A stretch of 64,000 nucleotides of DNA from Hamiltosporidium tvaerminnensis FI-OER-3-3 (GCA_022605425.2 JAKIMF020000001.1:434001-498000); one strand, 5' to 3'. Counted from the stretch's first letter, positions 27,861-41,797 are shown. The notes: generated from the letters alone by a model not told the origin. Numbers and translations: made by a program.

Positions 27861-29066
27861 ATGATTGGCAAAATAAAGAACAGCGGAAATATTAAAAAAA
27901 TTAATATTTCAGAAGTAACAAAAAATCAGGGACTGGAATCGAGTGAACTGATTGGAATCTTAAATAAAATCAATGAATGCAAGCAAGATATTAATGATAT
28001 GGGAAATATACATAAAAGTATATTTAGAATTATTAAAAATTCGAAATTCAAGGAGAAAGAAGAAGAGAGTATAAAATCTAAAGAAGATTTAAAAAAAGCA
28101 AATTTATCCTTTCTTGAAAATGTAGCAGTAAAAATACATGAAATAAACATTTGGAATCATAAAGATAAGAGATTCCCGATGTTAAAATATCATATGGAAT
28201 ATAAATTTCCTATAATGATATACAAAATAAATGAAATTTATTTTAAATCAAAGCTGGTAAATGAACCATCTCGAGATCAAAAAAAAGAAATTCCATGCAA
28301 GAAATTAGAAAAAAAAGAAACAAAAGCTAAAGATACTTTAAAATATGATTCACTTAGTGATATAGAAAAAATAAAATTGGCTTGTTTTTGCTTTAAGAAG
28401 CTTCGTAAATATAGATCCAGTTTTAAAGATAATATTTTAGAAAGAATTTCAGATATATTCAGATCTTCGTTTAAGAAAGATTCTTATCATATAAAAAAAG
28501 CAAATACATTTGTTTATACCGTTGGTGACCATATTTTAGATGAAGGGATCAAAAAAGAGGGATTGTTTAGAATTTCTGGTAAATATGCCTATTATAAATT
28601 TATGCCGGGTGTTTTAGCTGCAGGAAAGAGATATGATTATACTGAGTTATCAGTTCATGACAACGCTTCAATTTTCAAAGCATATATTCGCGAGATAATG
28701 AATGGGATAATTTCAGTTCAGATTGCAGAAAGGGTGATGAAAATAATAAAAAACCAGACGGATCCTTCAATAATAGAATATATTGTGCCTTTAATAATAT
28801 TTTCGATTACAAATGAAAATAGAAAGATGCTTATCTATTTGCAGAAAATCTTTCGAAAAGTTGATCAGTATTCAAAATATAATAAAATGGGGTCAGATAA
28901 TCTATACAAAATTTTTACTCCCACTATTTTTCCAAATATTGAATGTTATGATTTGCAATCCATAAATTTGCAAATTGAGATTGTAAAAAGAATTTTTGAG
29001 TCAAATTTATCAGAAATCCCTTGTTTTTTGTATGAAGAAGCACTTTCGGCAGCTAATAATCAATAA
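27861..29066 (+). CDS. RhoGAP-domain protein, copy 3 (401 aa, inverted orientation)
   Basis: Intact ORF; 6 aa differences from copy 2. Confidence 0.88.
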   Translation: MIGKIKNSGNIKKINISEVTKNQGLESSELIGILNKINECKQDINDMGNIHKSIFRIIKNSKFKEKEEESIKSKEDLKKANLSFLENVAVKIHEINIWNHKDKRFPMLKYHMEYKFPIMIYKINEIYFKSKLVNEPSRDQKKEIPCKKLEKKETKAKDTLKYDSLSDIEKIKLACFCFKKLRKYRSSFKDNILERISDIFRSSFKKDSYHIKKANTFVYTVGDHILDEGIKKEGLFRISGKYAYYKFMPGVLAAGKRYDYTELSVHDNASIFKAYIREIMNGIISVQIAERVMKIIKNQTDPSIIEYIVPLIIFSITNENRKMLIYLQKIFRKVDQYSKYNKMGSDNLYKIFTPTIFPNIECYDLQSINLQIEIVKRIFESNLSEIPCFLYEEALSAANNQ

Positions 29067-29143
29067 ATCCTTTTATTTTCGATTTTTATTGTTTTAATTT
29101 TATTTTTTAACTATATTTGAATATATTTTTAAAATTATTTAAA

Positions 29144-30705
29144 ATAGAAGATAGCAGAGGAATCCCAACACGTAGCTCATTTGAAGAATTACAAAGCGAA
29201 CTTTTATCAAGAATTGAAAGACTTTGTCATACCTGATTAAACTTTAAAAATTTATTTTCTGCAATCAATCAACATGCGATATCGTTAATCAACTATCACA
29301 TAGGAGTACTTCGACTTGAACCGGCTGACTTCTCTAAGATAGATGATGCAGTTCGTTCGGTGTTGGTAAACAATAAGATACATCGTCTTGTAAAGAGCGT
29401 TTGTATCTTACACGAACAGAACTTGGAAGAGACCTAAATAGTTTTGGGTTGCAAAGCGAACATATGCTTCTGCAGTTCTTGGATTGTCTTGAAAAAAGTA
29501 AAGAAATATCAATCAGACGAGCAGCAATCTCAAGGGTGGAAAATAAAAATAAAACCCATCTTGCACTAATAAAAGGCTTTTTAAAAGTAAAGTACAGGTT
29601 GGTAGAAGAAGTCACTAAGAAAAGTTTAGAAGAAGCTTAACTTGCAAAACTATATAACGAAATAGAAAAACGAAAACTTCATTCAAAGTTATATAATGCA
29701 AGGAAAAATGAGCTTGTAAGTCTTAGTGACTCTTCAAGATGGTTAAAAAGAGGAAATAATAGGCCACGAAACGAAGCTGTGTTTTGCTATATCCAGGATA
29801 GAAATTTATTATGGGGATCAGATGGTATGTGCCAACACTGTAATAAATTTGGTAAGACGGTAGATCATCTAGCAACTCGATGTGAAAAAATGCTAGGTCA
29901 TGACTACACCAGACGGCATAATGAATTGGTTAGATGCCTACACCTACTTCTTCTAAATAGATATAAGTTTAAGTCTTCAAAACGAATAAGGAGCCACTCA
30001 GTTCAAGAAATTCTTGATAATGAGTATGCAGAGATAAGAGTGGACACCAGAATTAAAACTGATGTTAAAATTCGGAATAACAGACCCGACATATTTATTT
30101 TAGATAAGAAGAAGAATAAGATAACACTCATTGAAGTAGGAATCACTTCCCAAGATTGACCTAAAATAGTTGAAACTGAAAAACTTAGGAAGTATGACTT
30201 TCTAGCCAATGAGCTTGGTCTTATTTACAAATGTAGTTAAGAGATAATCCCTTATGTGATGACCTAGGACGGTATTGTGACAAAATACCATAAATATCAT
30301 CTTAAAAGACTAGAAATACCCATGAATGTTGAGGCATATATTCAGTCTATAGTACTTAAGAAAACAGTCGAAACAATTTCCTTTGATCGACGAAGAGGAC
30401 TTGAGTCAGGACTAAATGCCGAAGAGAGCTGGGAGAGAGCGTCAATGGGTGTTATTATGAGATCAGAGATGCATGAGGAATTAAAACCTTATTTAAAAGA
30501 AGAGAAGAGAGAGGAAGATGGTTTAAAAAATTTTAAACTAAAAAATAAAGCACCCTTTATTTCACAAGGAGGAACCACTTTAGAGGAACCGACCAATAAC
30601 ATAAATGAAGAGTCGAATTTGGAAGAAGAGACAGAAGTGGTTAAGGAGGTAGAAGAAAACATGTGACAAATGGTAAAAATATTTTAACCCAGAATTTTAT
30701 TAAAT
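29144..30705 (+). mobile_element. Recombinant non-LTR fragment (R- type 5' junction, R+ type 3' flank)
   Basis: Begins ~80 bp after the RhoGAP stop (aaa|atagaagatagc) and ends at the start of S. ORF 29779..30159 has CCHC, RHN and RPDI. Confidence 0.88.
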
Positions 30706-33700
30706 AAAACTCATATGATATCTTTCTAAAAATATAAAAAAGAATATTTTGATATTAATGTATGATATATTGAATAATCACAATAGAAAACCTCCAAAAT
30801 ATAAGTTAAAGAAATTAATATATCAGAATTTTGTATAATACGTGATGTGTTGGAGTTAAATCTAATATACGCTATTTTGAGTATATTAGAGACAAAGAAC
30901 GAATTAAAAAATCTCAAAAGGGTATATTTTCACAAAGAAAACTATTTTTTTGGTTTGAATACGATTTTAAATAATTTATTTGTCGATTTAAGCAAAATTT
31001 GGATGTTACCAGACAAAATGAGTTCTTAAACATCATAAAAGTTTTTGTTTTGTCAGAATATCTAGGTTTAATGATTAATAAGGTATTTCTAATTTGAAAA
31101 ATAGTGTGTGCTGTTTGCTAATTATAAATTTATATTAAGGCTATTTCAAAATATTATTATATTTTTGAAAATTAAAAATTATGTTTACTCTAAAAGGATA
31201 CTAATCTTATAGTAGCCGGCATAACACAAATTAATTGGAAAGATTTCGGGTTTGAATACCGATTTTTACACTGTTACCTTTAAATTACAAATATTTACGC
31301 CAAAAAAACAATCTATTTGTCACAAGAGACATTAGTAAATACCTATATCACATGGCAAACCAATACTATATTTGTATACTGTTTTCATTCCTGAGAAAAA
31401 TTAATCAATAAAGAAAAACTAAAATAAACTTAGAACTTTAAAAAGAAAATTACAAATTTTTATAGCATTAAAAGTGCCTCTAAAAATGATGAATATTTTT
31501 TGGTCTCACGGAAACTGAAATAAATAATGCTCATCAACATATTTTATTCATCTGTAGAGCTAAATAAAACAGAAAAGAAATGATTATCGAGGTATCGAAA
31601 CGATTTTAGAGTTTGTTGGTGGTTACAAACATTTTGAATAAATTGAATGTCTCAAAGTAAAACCGAGAGAAATTAATCTAAAGCTATTAAAAGGACACTT
31701 AAAGTAAAGATTTAAACGTTTAATGATACATAGTTGAATGTATCAAATTTATTTTACCAATCAAATTTTAGGTAAATATTATTCATTTTTCTTATAGAGT
31801 ATTTGTAGCCAAACATTTAATTGATCTAGATATATGATAAATTATTTTGTGTTCTAGTTATGAACACTATACAAATAGGACTCGAGGTTCCGATAAATCG
31901 TTTCTGTCAAAATAAAACCTTAAGAAATCTTTCAGAATGTTTAATTTGAATATATATGTGATTTTGCAATTCCGTGGTTCTCTGTAAAAAAAATAAATAA
32001 ATTCTAAGAAATGAAACGATTTGGAGCAATCTTGCAACAATAATAAACTATTTCTGTGTAAAATTAAAAATAGAAAGAGAGATAAAGAGATGAAGATTAA
32101 AAAATTCATAAAAAAATATCTAGCGGATAGAAAATCGAAAATAAATCAAGCTTTATATCCTAGAAGTAAATGATAATAGGTGTTAATAACACTTACAAAA
32201 AGCTGATTAAGAAACCTTGATGTTAAATATACTAGAATTTTGTTATTATTTAAATAGAATGCCTTTTTGAGAACGAAAAAACTTAAAAACGGCAGAAATT
32301 TTGCGTCGCGATCTTAACTACGTAAAGTAGATCCAAATTAAGAAATAAAATTTGTTTTTCTGCGCATCTAATGCTTATAAATACAAATGATCAAAGAATT
32401 TAAACGTCCTATGAGCTATTCAGTTCAAAAGTTCGCCAAAAAAAGCGAAACTAAAAATAAATTTAGATAAAAGATATCAAATATCAAGTTAAAATTTACT
32501 TATGGTTCTGTATTGAATAGAAATTATAGAGAAAGATCTATTTCAGAAATATTTTTTTTGCTTCAAACTGGACATGCGATAGAATAAATTTAACTTTATT
32601 TTTGTTATAAGTAAAGTATTTCTTGTATATTAGAACAGAGTTTGACATCATTACAGAGTATTTGTTCATTATTTGTTTCTAGACATCATAATATGTATAC
32701 AATATTAAGTTTTGCATCCGAATCAAAAATAGGACACGTGAACAGCCAATATTAGTTTAAGAGATAGTCAATTTTTGCTTTGATAGAAGAATAAAAGAAG
32801 TATAAAGATAGAATTCAGATAGATTACAAAAGTTCGTACTTATTCTTTGTAATCGAGAGGAAACATAGATCAAAGCCATATCTTATTATACTGACGTACC
32901 TGAGAAGATATATATGTTTCGTTAAGTAAAAAAAGATTCAAAAACCATTTGAACTCTTTTTGTGTGCAAAATTCGAAAATAAAGCGTCGAATGTAATAAC
33001 GAAGAAAATGTTGGAACGTAATAATTCTAGGAATAAATAAATCGGAATGGAATCGGTAATCATCATAAAAAACTTATGAATAAAATATAATTTAATTTTT
33101 ATATTTTTGATTTCTACAAATCTAATTTAATATTTATTTTTCCAAAAAGGTAAAATAAATTTTTAAACCACAATACAATCAGTTTTTTTACAATATTTTT
33201 CTTTTATAATATTGTAAAAAGGAAATGGCTAGTTATAGACCCAAGATGCATGTAAAAGCATTTGGAACTAAAACTACGCATTTTTTTCCTACTATTTTGT
33301 TAGTACTGAAGACCGTCAATTATTATCAAATAAATTATTTACATTTGTCATAGTACTAAAATCATTATTCGTAGGTTTTCCAGAAGTAAGTTGTGTGAAA
33401 ATATTCAATTTATATGTAATAATTTGAAAATTCGATTTTATTTGTATATTGACTTAGTTAAGAGCTATGGTTTTTTTTATACCAAATCATTCTTTATTTA
33501 AAACAACATATTTGAAAGATTTTCTTAATTATAGTAACTTAAAATTGCAATGAATATGTGTGTGTTTGAGTTGTTTTAAACAAAATATAAATATAGCTTT
33601 AATAAAAGCTATTTAAAAAATTCTTTCAAGGATTTGGAAATAATTATACGGAGTTAAAATTAACAGTTCAACCCATTTTTTTGAAATTAAAAAATAGATC

Positions 33701-36610
33701 AGATAAATTCATTTTTTTTTATATTATAAGATAAACCAAAATACCTGTCTTTTATTTATTATTAAATAAATAATATTACTCTTGGGCGGATATATCTGTT
33801 ACCGTACTTTTATTTTGAATTTATCATATAAGGAATATTTTGTATATCATTTACAAAAATTACATTAAGACAATAAAATTTATGATAAAAAATACAAAAA
33901 AATAAACGCAATTTAAAAACAACGGGAATAATATTATTTGATTAAATAGATTCTTTGTTCTGTCTTCAGATATAAATTTTGTATTCCTAGAGCTCTTCAA
34001 TAAAGAATTTAAAAGTGTCGAATTAATTCTCTTTTAAATAATCCAGCTTCTTCTATATAAAGCAATTTATTTTGTTTCTTTGTGCCTATAGTTTACATTG
34101 AAGAATTGTAGAATATATACATCTTTTTCTGGATTAAATTATAGACAATTTTACGAAGCTCAGCATTTTCAATATTCTCAAAACCTAAGCCTTTTGGTTC
34201 TTCATATAAATTCTTGTAGACCAAAAAGAGTGATATACGGCTCTATACTATTATCTCTTGAATAATGTATATTCTGTATTAATTTTGAATTAATTATATA
34301 ACTGATTCCTTTTCTAGTATTTTAAATACTTCTTCATTAATATTATTGAAATTGACTACAATGAAATATCCATATACCGCGAAAAATCAATGCCTGCATA
34401 GGTAACATAATTACTAGTCGTCTTCATAATGTTTATATTAAAATATACATTATTAGAAATTTCTCATCTGTTTCTTTTCGACAAGATAATTCTTTTGCGA
34501 TTGTTCTTACAACTATTTACTAATTAAGGCAACCTGTCCAGGATTTCCAGGATGTTTCAGACTTTTATTTACAAACTTGATATAATGCAAACATAGAAAT
34601 TCTGTAATATAAGAAAATAAAATTCGTGATATTTATCGCTTTTTAAAATCTAGGAGCATTTTTATGGTTGAATAATTGCTTTAGAGTGGATATAATGTTT
34701 TCACTGTTTCAATTTTCAATACAAATAAAAAAAGAAACTTTAAAACAAATTGAAAAATTTAGAAACTATTCATATCTGTCATTTTCATTTCCATATTTCT
34801 TTGATCAAATCAATCCAATTGTACTATAGTTTAGGAATATCTTAAAATATGTGAATTATTCACAAAACGACTTAATAATTCATATTTTTTGCAAGTGAAA
34901 AAATTTAAAATATATTTTTTCTTTTTCTTTTAAATTCGATAATGCGAGTTTACAAGGTGTTCATACATGCCTTCATTCCTTTTTGATTGCGTGGGAAGTG
35001 TATCAAAAAGTGCATGTTTCTTCTAAAATTTTAAATCGGTAACAGCCTCTGAAATATTTTTTTATTTATTTTTAAGAAATTTGTTCTTTTATTAACTTTA
35101 AGTTTTTAATTTAGTTAAAATTTACATTTTTACTGAAATGATAGCCAAGATGTGCATTGTTTCATTCTGATAATCATTTTTATCACTTTCAAAAATAAAT
35201 TATCGCCTCAATCCTTCTCACAAAACCATATAAATAAGAAAAATAATGAACTTATACGCAAAGTTCTGTAGAAAATAAAAAAAACTTATGAATTTTGTAT
35301 ATAAAAAATATTTTTTCTTTAAAAAAAAGATGTATAAGTGGAGAAAGAATAATCTCATTAAAAACTATCGCTTGGAAATGTGTGTATAAAATTTGTGTGA
35401 AAATCATTGCTTCCATTGAGGTGGGATATAAAACACCCCTGATCTATAGGCCAATTCCCTGTAATCCCGAGTTACAATAGACAAAAAAAACAAATGGAAA
35501 ACTTTCATTTGTTCATATTCGACGCCAAGAGGTAAAAACAGAATGGAATAATTGAGTAAGTAAGTCTAAAAATTTTCAAAATTGCTTCTTTTCGAACAAA
35601 CAACACTCGAATTTCTACGTAGAATAAAAATTTTTCCTTCTTATTTCTTATAAATTTATAAATAATACAATTAATAAAACCGATAATGAAGTTTTGGATG
35701 CCAATATTTATACTTAACAAGTATTTAAACATTCAAATCCAAAAAAAGATTAAATATCACACAGTTCAAGAACTTTCTGAAAATAATGATCAGAAATAAA
35801 ACTAGAACTGAGGTATAAAGCTTATTACAATATTTTCAAAATAGACAAGATATATTCATGATGTAAAAGAAATTAAATATGATTACACTTATCTAGGGTG
35901 TAAACACGAACAAGATTCGCTTCAAAGAATGTAGACCAACAAACTTTAGACATACAAATTACTTCTGTGTGTTTTATTCTGTTTATAAAATTATTAGAAA
36001 AAAATTTGTTATTTCTTAGTTTCGGATTATACATGACAAAATACCATAAGATATATCATGAAAATTCTAAATACTCATAGAATTAGAAACACGCATGTAA
36101 TCAACAATACACAAAAAGGCAGTCGAAACAATTTCTTTTCAATAACCAAGAGAATTCGAGTCAGGACCAAATGGCAAAGAGATTTGAAAGAAAGTACCAT
36201 AAGTATTTTACAAGGAAGAGAGATCCCAAGGAAACAATACGCTTTTAAAGTCTACTCCATTGAGTATTGTGACTTTAAACAAGTAAAAACAAAAAAAAAT
36301 CCAATCCTTATTTTGAATTAAGATGCCAATATCAGAGATTCGAACAAAATAAACTTACCTAATTATTCCTTTTAATCTGTTATTACTCGGTATTATAGAG
36401 AATTGAACTATAGATCCGGTGTAGTTTATATCCTACCAAAATGGCAACAATAAATTTCACAACAACTTCAAATAATCATTACCAAGCAGATGGTTTTTAA
36501 TGTGCATATCCTACCTCTTTTTATAAACAAAAAACAAGAATAAAATTTAGAAGAAGAAAATTAAATATTTAAAATGATGGAAGGTTATTCAAAAAATAAA
36601 AAAAAAATTT
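30706..36610. repeat. Spacer module S copy 3
   Basis: Near-identical to S1 and S2. Confidence 0.9.
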
Positions 36611-36699
36611 AAGTTTAAAAATCGTATATAAATTATGAGTTAAAATATTTTTACCATTTTTTATATTTTCTTCACCTCTTTTAACTTTAAAAATCGTTT

Positions 36700-38255
36700 A
36701 TAATATTGTGAGTTAAAATATTTTTACGATTTTTATATGTTTTCTTCTACCTCTTCAACCATTTTGTCGCTTCTTCGATATCCGACTCTTTATTTATGTT
36801 ATTGGTCGGTTCCTCTAAAGTGGTTCTTCCTTGTGGAATAAAGGGTGCTTTATTTTTTGGTTTAAATTTTTTTGCACCATCTTCCTCTCTCTTCTCTTCT
36901 TTTAAATAAGGTTTTAATTCCTCATGCATCTTTGCTCTCATAATAACACCCATTGACGCTCCTCCCAGCTCTCTTCGGCATTTAGTCCTGACTCAAGTCC
37001 TCTTCGTCGATCAAAGGAAATTGTTTCGACTGTTTTCTTAAGTACTATAGACTGAATATATGCCTCACAATTCATGTGTATTTCTAGTCTTTTAAGATGA
37101 GATTTATGGTATTTTGTTACAATACCGTCCCAGGTCATCACATAAGGGATTATCTCTTAACTACATTTGTAAATAAGACCCAGCTTATTGGCTAGAAAGT
37201 CATACTTCCTAAGTTTTTCAGTTTCAACTATTTTAAGTCAATCTTGGGAAGTGATTCCTACTTCAATGAGTGTTATCTTATTCTTCTTCTTATCTAAAAT
37301 AAATATGTCGGGTCTGTTATTCTGAATTTTAACATCAGTTTAAATTCTGGTGTCCACTCTTATCTCTGCATACTCATTATCAAGAATTTCTTGAACTGAG
37401 TGACTCCTAATTTGTTTTCAGGACTTAAACTTATATCTATTTAGAAGAAGTAGATGTAGGCATCTAACCAATTCATTATGCCGTTCTGTGTAGTCATGAC
37501 CTAGCATTTTTTCACATCGAGTTGCTAGATGATCTACCGTCTTACCAAATTTATTACAGTGTTGGCACATACCATCTGATCCCCATAATAAATTTCTATC
37601 CTGGATATAGCAGAACACAGCTTCGTTTCGTGGCCTATTATTCCCTCTTTTTAACCATCTTGAAAAGTCACTAAGACTTACAAGCTCATTTTTCCTTGCA
37701 TTATATAACTTTGAATGAAGTTTTCGTTTTACTATTTCGTTATATAGTTTTGCAAGTTAAGCTTCTTCTAAACTTTTCTTAGTGACTTCTTCTACCAACC
37801 TGTACTTTACTTTTAAAAAGCCTTTTATTAGTGCAAGATGGGTTTTATTATTATTTTCCACCCTTGAGATTGCTGCTCGTCTGATTGATATTTCTTTACT
37901 TTTTTCAAGACAATCCAAGAGTTGCAGAAGCATATGTTCGCTTTGCAACCCAAAACTATTTAGGTCTCTTCCAAGTTCTGTTCGTGTAAGATACAAACGC
38001 TCTTTACAAGACGATGTATCTTATTGTTTACCAACACCGAACGAACTGCATCATCTAACTTAGAGAAGTCAGCCGGTTCAAGTCGAAGTACTCCTATGTG
38101 ATAGTTGATTAACGATATCGCATGTTGATTGATTGATTGCAGAAAATAAATTTTTTGCATTTAATCTAGTGTGACAAAGTCTTTCAACTCTTGATATAAG
38201 TTTGCTTTGTACTTCTTCAAATAAGCTACGTGTTGGAATTCCTATGTTATCTTCT
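36700..38255 (-). mobile_element. Non-LTR fragment R-3
   Basis: Same junctions as R-1. ORFs 36938..37141, 37418..37618 and 37757..37996. Confidence 0.9.
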
Positions 38256-38334
38256 TTTTTAAATAATTTCAAAAATATATTCAAATATATTTTAAAAATA
38301 AAATTAAAACAATAAAAATCGAAAATTAAAGGAT

Positions 38335-39540
38335 TTATTGATTATTAGCTGCCGAAAGTGCTTCTTCATACAAAAAACAAGGGATTTCTGATAAATTTGA
38401 CTCAAAAATTCTTTTTACAATCTCAATTTGCAAATTTATGGATTGCAAATCATAACATTCAATATTTGGAAAAATAGTGGGAGTAAAAATTTTGTATAGA
38501 TTATCTGACCCCATTTTATTATATTTTGAATACTGATCAACTTTTCGAAAGATTTTCTGCAAATAGATAAGCATCTTTCTATTTTCATTTGTAATCGAAA
38601 ATATTATTAAAGGCACAATATATTCTATTATTGAAGGATCCGTCTGGTTTTTTATTATTTTCATCACCCTTTCTGCAATCTGAACTGAAATTATCCCATT
38701 CATTATCTCCCGAATATATGCTTTGAAAATTGAAGCGTTGTCATGAACAGATAACTCAGTATAATCATATCTCTTTCCTGCAGCTAAAACACCCGGCATA
38801 AATTTATAATAGGCATATTTACCGGAAATTCTAAACAATCCCTCTTTTTTAATTCCTTCATCTAAAATATGGTCACCAACGGTATAAACAAATGTATTTG
38901 CTTTTTTTATATGATAAGAATCTTTCTTAAACGAAGATCTGAATATATCTGAAATTCTTTCTAAAATATTATCTTTAAAACCGGATCTATATTTACGAAG
39001 CTTCTTAAAGCAAAAACAAGCCAATTTTATTTTTTCTATATCACTAAGTGAATCATATTTTAAAGTATCTTTAGCTTTTGTTTCTTTTTTTTCTAATTTC
39101 TTGCATGGAATTTCTTTTTTTTGATCTCGAGATGGTTCATTTACCAGCTTTGATTTAAAATAAATTTCATTTATTTTGTATATCATTATAGGAAATTTAT
39201 ATTCCATATGATATTTTAACATCAGGAATCTCTTATCTTTATGATTCCAAATGTTTATTTCATGTATTTTTACTGCTACATTTTCAAGAAAGGATAAATT
39301 TGCTTTCTTTAAATCTTCTTTAGTTTTAATACTCTTTTCTTCTTTCTCCTTCAATTTCGAATTTTTGATGATTTTAAATATACTTTTATGTATATTTCCC
39401 ATATCATCACTATCTTGCTTGCATTCATCGATTTTATTTAAGATTCCAATCAGTTCACTCGATTCCAGTCCCTGATTTTTTGTTACTTCTGAAATATTAA
39501 TTTTTTTAATATTTCCGCTGTTCTTTATTTTGCCAATCAT
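38335..39540 (-). CDS. RhoGAP-domain protein, copy 4 (401 aa; probable ancestral position, divergent from COPB)
   Basis: Intact ORF; the most diverged copy. Confidence 0.88.
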   Translation of the reverse strand: MIGKIKNSGNIKKINISEVTKNQGLESSELIGILNKIDECKQDSDDMGNIHKSIFKIIKNSKLKEKEEKSIKTKEDLKKANLSFLENVAVKIHEINIWNHKDKRFLMLKYHMEYKFPIMIYKINEIYFKSKLVNEPSRDQKKEIPCKKLEKKETKAKDTLKYDSLSDIEKIKLACFCFKKLRKYRSGFKDNILERISDIFRSSFKKDSYHIKKANTFVYTVGDHILDEGIKKEGLFRISGKYAYYKFMPGVLAAGKRYDYTELSVHDNASIFKAYIREIMNGIISVQIAERVMKIIKNQTDPSIIEYIVPLIIFSITNENRKMLIYLQKIFRKVDQYSKYNKMGSDNLYKIFTPTIFPNIECYDLQSINLQIEIVKRIFESNLSEIPCFLYEEALSAANNQ

Positions 39541-41725
39541 TTGTTTATTATTGTTTTTTTTATTATATAGATTTCAAATCGAGTGTTTGTTTGTAAATCT
39601 GCATTGATTCTCTTTATCTTAAACAAAGTGTATCAAAATGAAAAAAAGGTTATTAATATATCTTTTAATCTTATTTTAATTTCCTTAGTGATATTACATC
39701 AGATATTAAATTAATTTTTAATAAAATTCATCTACCTATTTATTATCATATCTTATATTGTTAACTAAAGATAAAATACTAAACAATTGACTATTTTAAA
39801 TCATCAATTGAAGATGTTCTTTCGTTTTGTAAGAAAAGAGATTTATTTAATCTAAATTATTTTAAAATCATTTATTCTTTTATCTATTATTTTTTTAAAT
39901 TAAAAAGTGTATTCAGGCAGAGTGATTGTAAATACCTAAAATTATATATCTTTTCGAATTAGACGGAATTTAATAAAAATATCGACTTAATAGTACTTTA
40001 TATCTGATAGAATAGGATTAAAAAAAGAATTTTACATTTTATTTTAGTATGTAGGTATTTTTTTACCCTTATCAGCAAGCAAATGGGATTATTTAAGTCC
40101 TACATTTTATTTGAATTTATATATTTTAAAATTTTTAGCTACTGAATGAGATTATAAGTCCGACTTTTAGAATTAAATTTTAAATATTTTATCAAAAAAA
40201 TATTTTTTTTCGGATTTCTTAATATAACAAATCTGTTATATTAAGTAGCAATCATAGTATAATTTATAAACCGAAAATTTTGTTTTAATCTTTTTTATTT
40301 ATACTCGAATACGTGCCAAAATCTTTGATAGATTAAAAACACATGTAAATGCAATCGTTTGATTTCTATCAGACAACAAAGATAACATAGTAAATTAATA
40401 GCAAAATATATTGCGAAATACTAGTAAACCATTCTAGCTTTGCAACAGAATTTTTTGGTAACATACGGGAATAAAACATAATTAGATGTTAAGAATAATA
40501 TTATATAGGAGATATATCTCATAATAGCATTCTATACATTAAAGTATTATTTTAATTTTATATAAATGAAATTAAGAAATTTTTTTGTTTAAGATTTATT
40601 CTTATATAGTTTAAACTAGGAATAAAATTCAAGATTAGACCTGTTATCATATTTATTTAGAAAAATCTTCTTAATACAAAAACTTAATTCTATTGTTTTG
40701 ATCTTTAAGTACTTGGTTAGTATTTAGAACTTGTATATATAAATTAGGAACCAAAGGTATACGAATTAAATGCAAAAACGATCATACAGGCATCATTTTA
40801 TTAGATAAGATTAAAATTAAATCATCGAATAAAATTAAGATTGAATTTATAAGAAATTTATTAGAATGAATTAAATAAATGTGAAATTATATTAGGATGG
40901 AATATAAGATTTTAATTTTTAGGGAATTAAAATTAAATTAAAATACATTTAAAGAAGAAGGTGTTGTAGAATAAACTGTTTTACTTATCTAATAGTATAT
41001 ATCTAAGTTAAATTTTTTATATTTAATAAAATTCTGGGTTAAAATATTCTTACCATTTTTATATATTTTCTTCCACCTCTTTTAACTTTAAAAATCGTTT
41101 ATAAGATTCAAGGTTAAAAATTTTTTACCTTTTTATATATTTTCTTCCACCTCTTTTAAATTTAAAAAAAATCCAAAAGTATTTGGTTTTAGCTTCGTAT
41201 AAATATTTAAAATAACACATTTTTTAAAAAAATAATAGAATTACAAAAAAAGATTCGAATGAATATTTAAAGAAAATATAAAAGTAAAACCTTTGCCTAT
41301 TCAAATCAAATAAATACAAGAAATAAAAATGAAATAATTAAACCTTGGACTAAATTCTAAATTCAATTAAATAATAATCTCCAAATTTTAAGAAACAGCA
41401 ATAAAAAAACACTAAATTTAAAATTTAGAATTTAGAATTCATGAAACGAAAAAATCCATTATAGATATAAACAACCCAAATTAAGAAATAATTAAAATAT
41501 TTCTAATTCATTTCTCTTATTGAAATCTAAAATTTTTTTTAAAAAACCAATTAATTCTATTCATAGACTGATTATTATTCTTAAATTTCCTAAACTTTTA
41601 TTTGCTTAGAATTTGAATTTTTTATATTTTTTAATCAATTATTTCATAGACTAATCGTTATTCTTAAGTTTCTTAAACTTTTATTTTCATATTATTTGAG
41701 TTGTTTATATTTTTTCCTTCTACCT
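39541..41725. repeat. Module U copy 4 (native RhoGAP-COPB intergenic region)
   Basis: Homology to the other U copies stops at ccttctacct (41725); unique sequence follows. Confidence 0.9.
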
Positions 41726-41784
41726 ATAATTTTATTTTAATTAAAAGTTTTTAAATTTTAAAAAAAAATATTACAAAAAAAAAT

Positions 41785-41797
41785 AGAAACAACCCTT
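41785..41797 (+). promoter_or_regulatory. Microsporidian-type CCC motif preceded by an A/T-rich tract
   Basis: aaCCCttATG directly before COPB. Similar CCC at 48228-30 (U3), 48594-96 (TFIIF) and 61448-50 (TYW2-like). Confidence 0.6.

Noticed and set aside
31867-32109. 80-aa ORF with a hydrophobic N-terminus in S3
   Set aside because: Disrupted in S1 and S2, no homology cue; likely a chance ORF.
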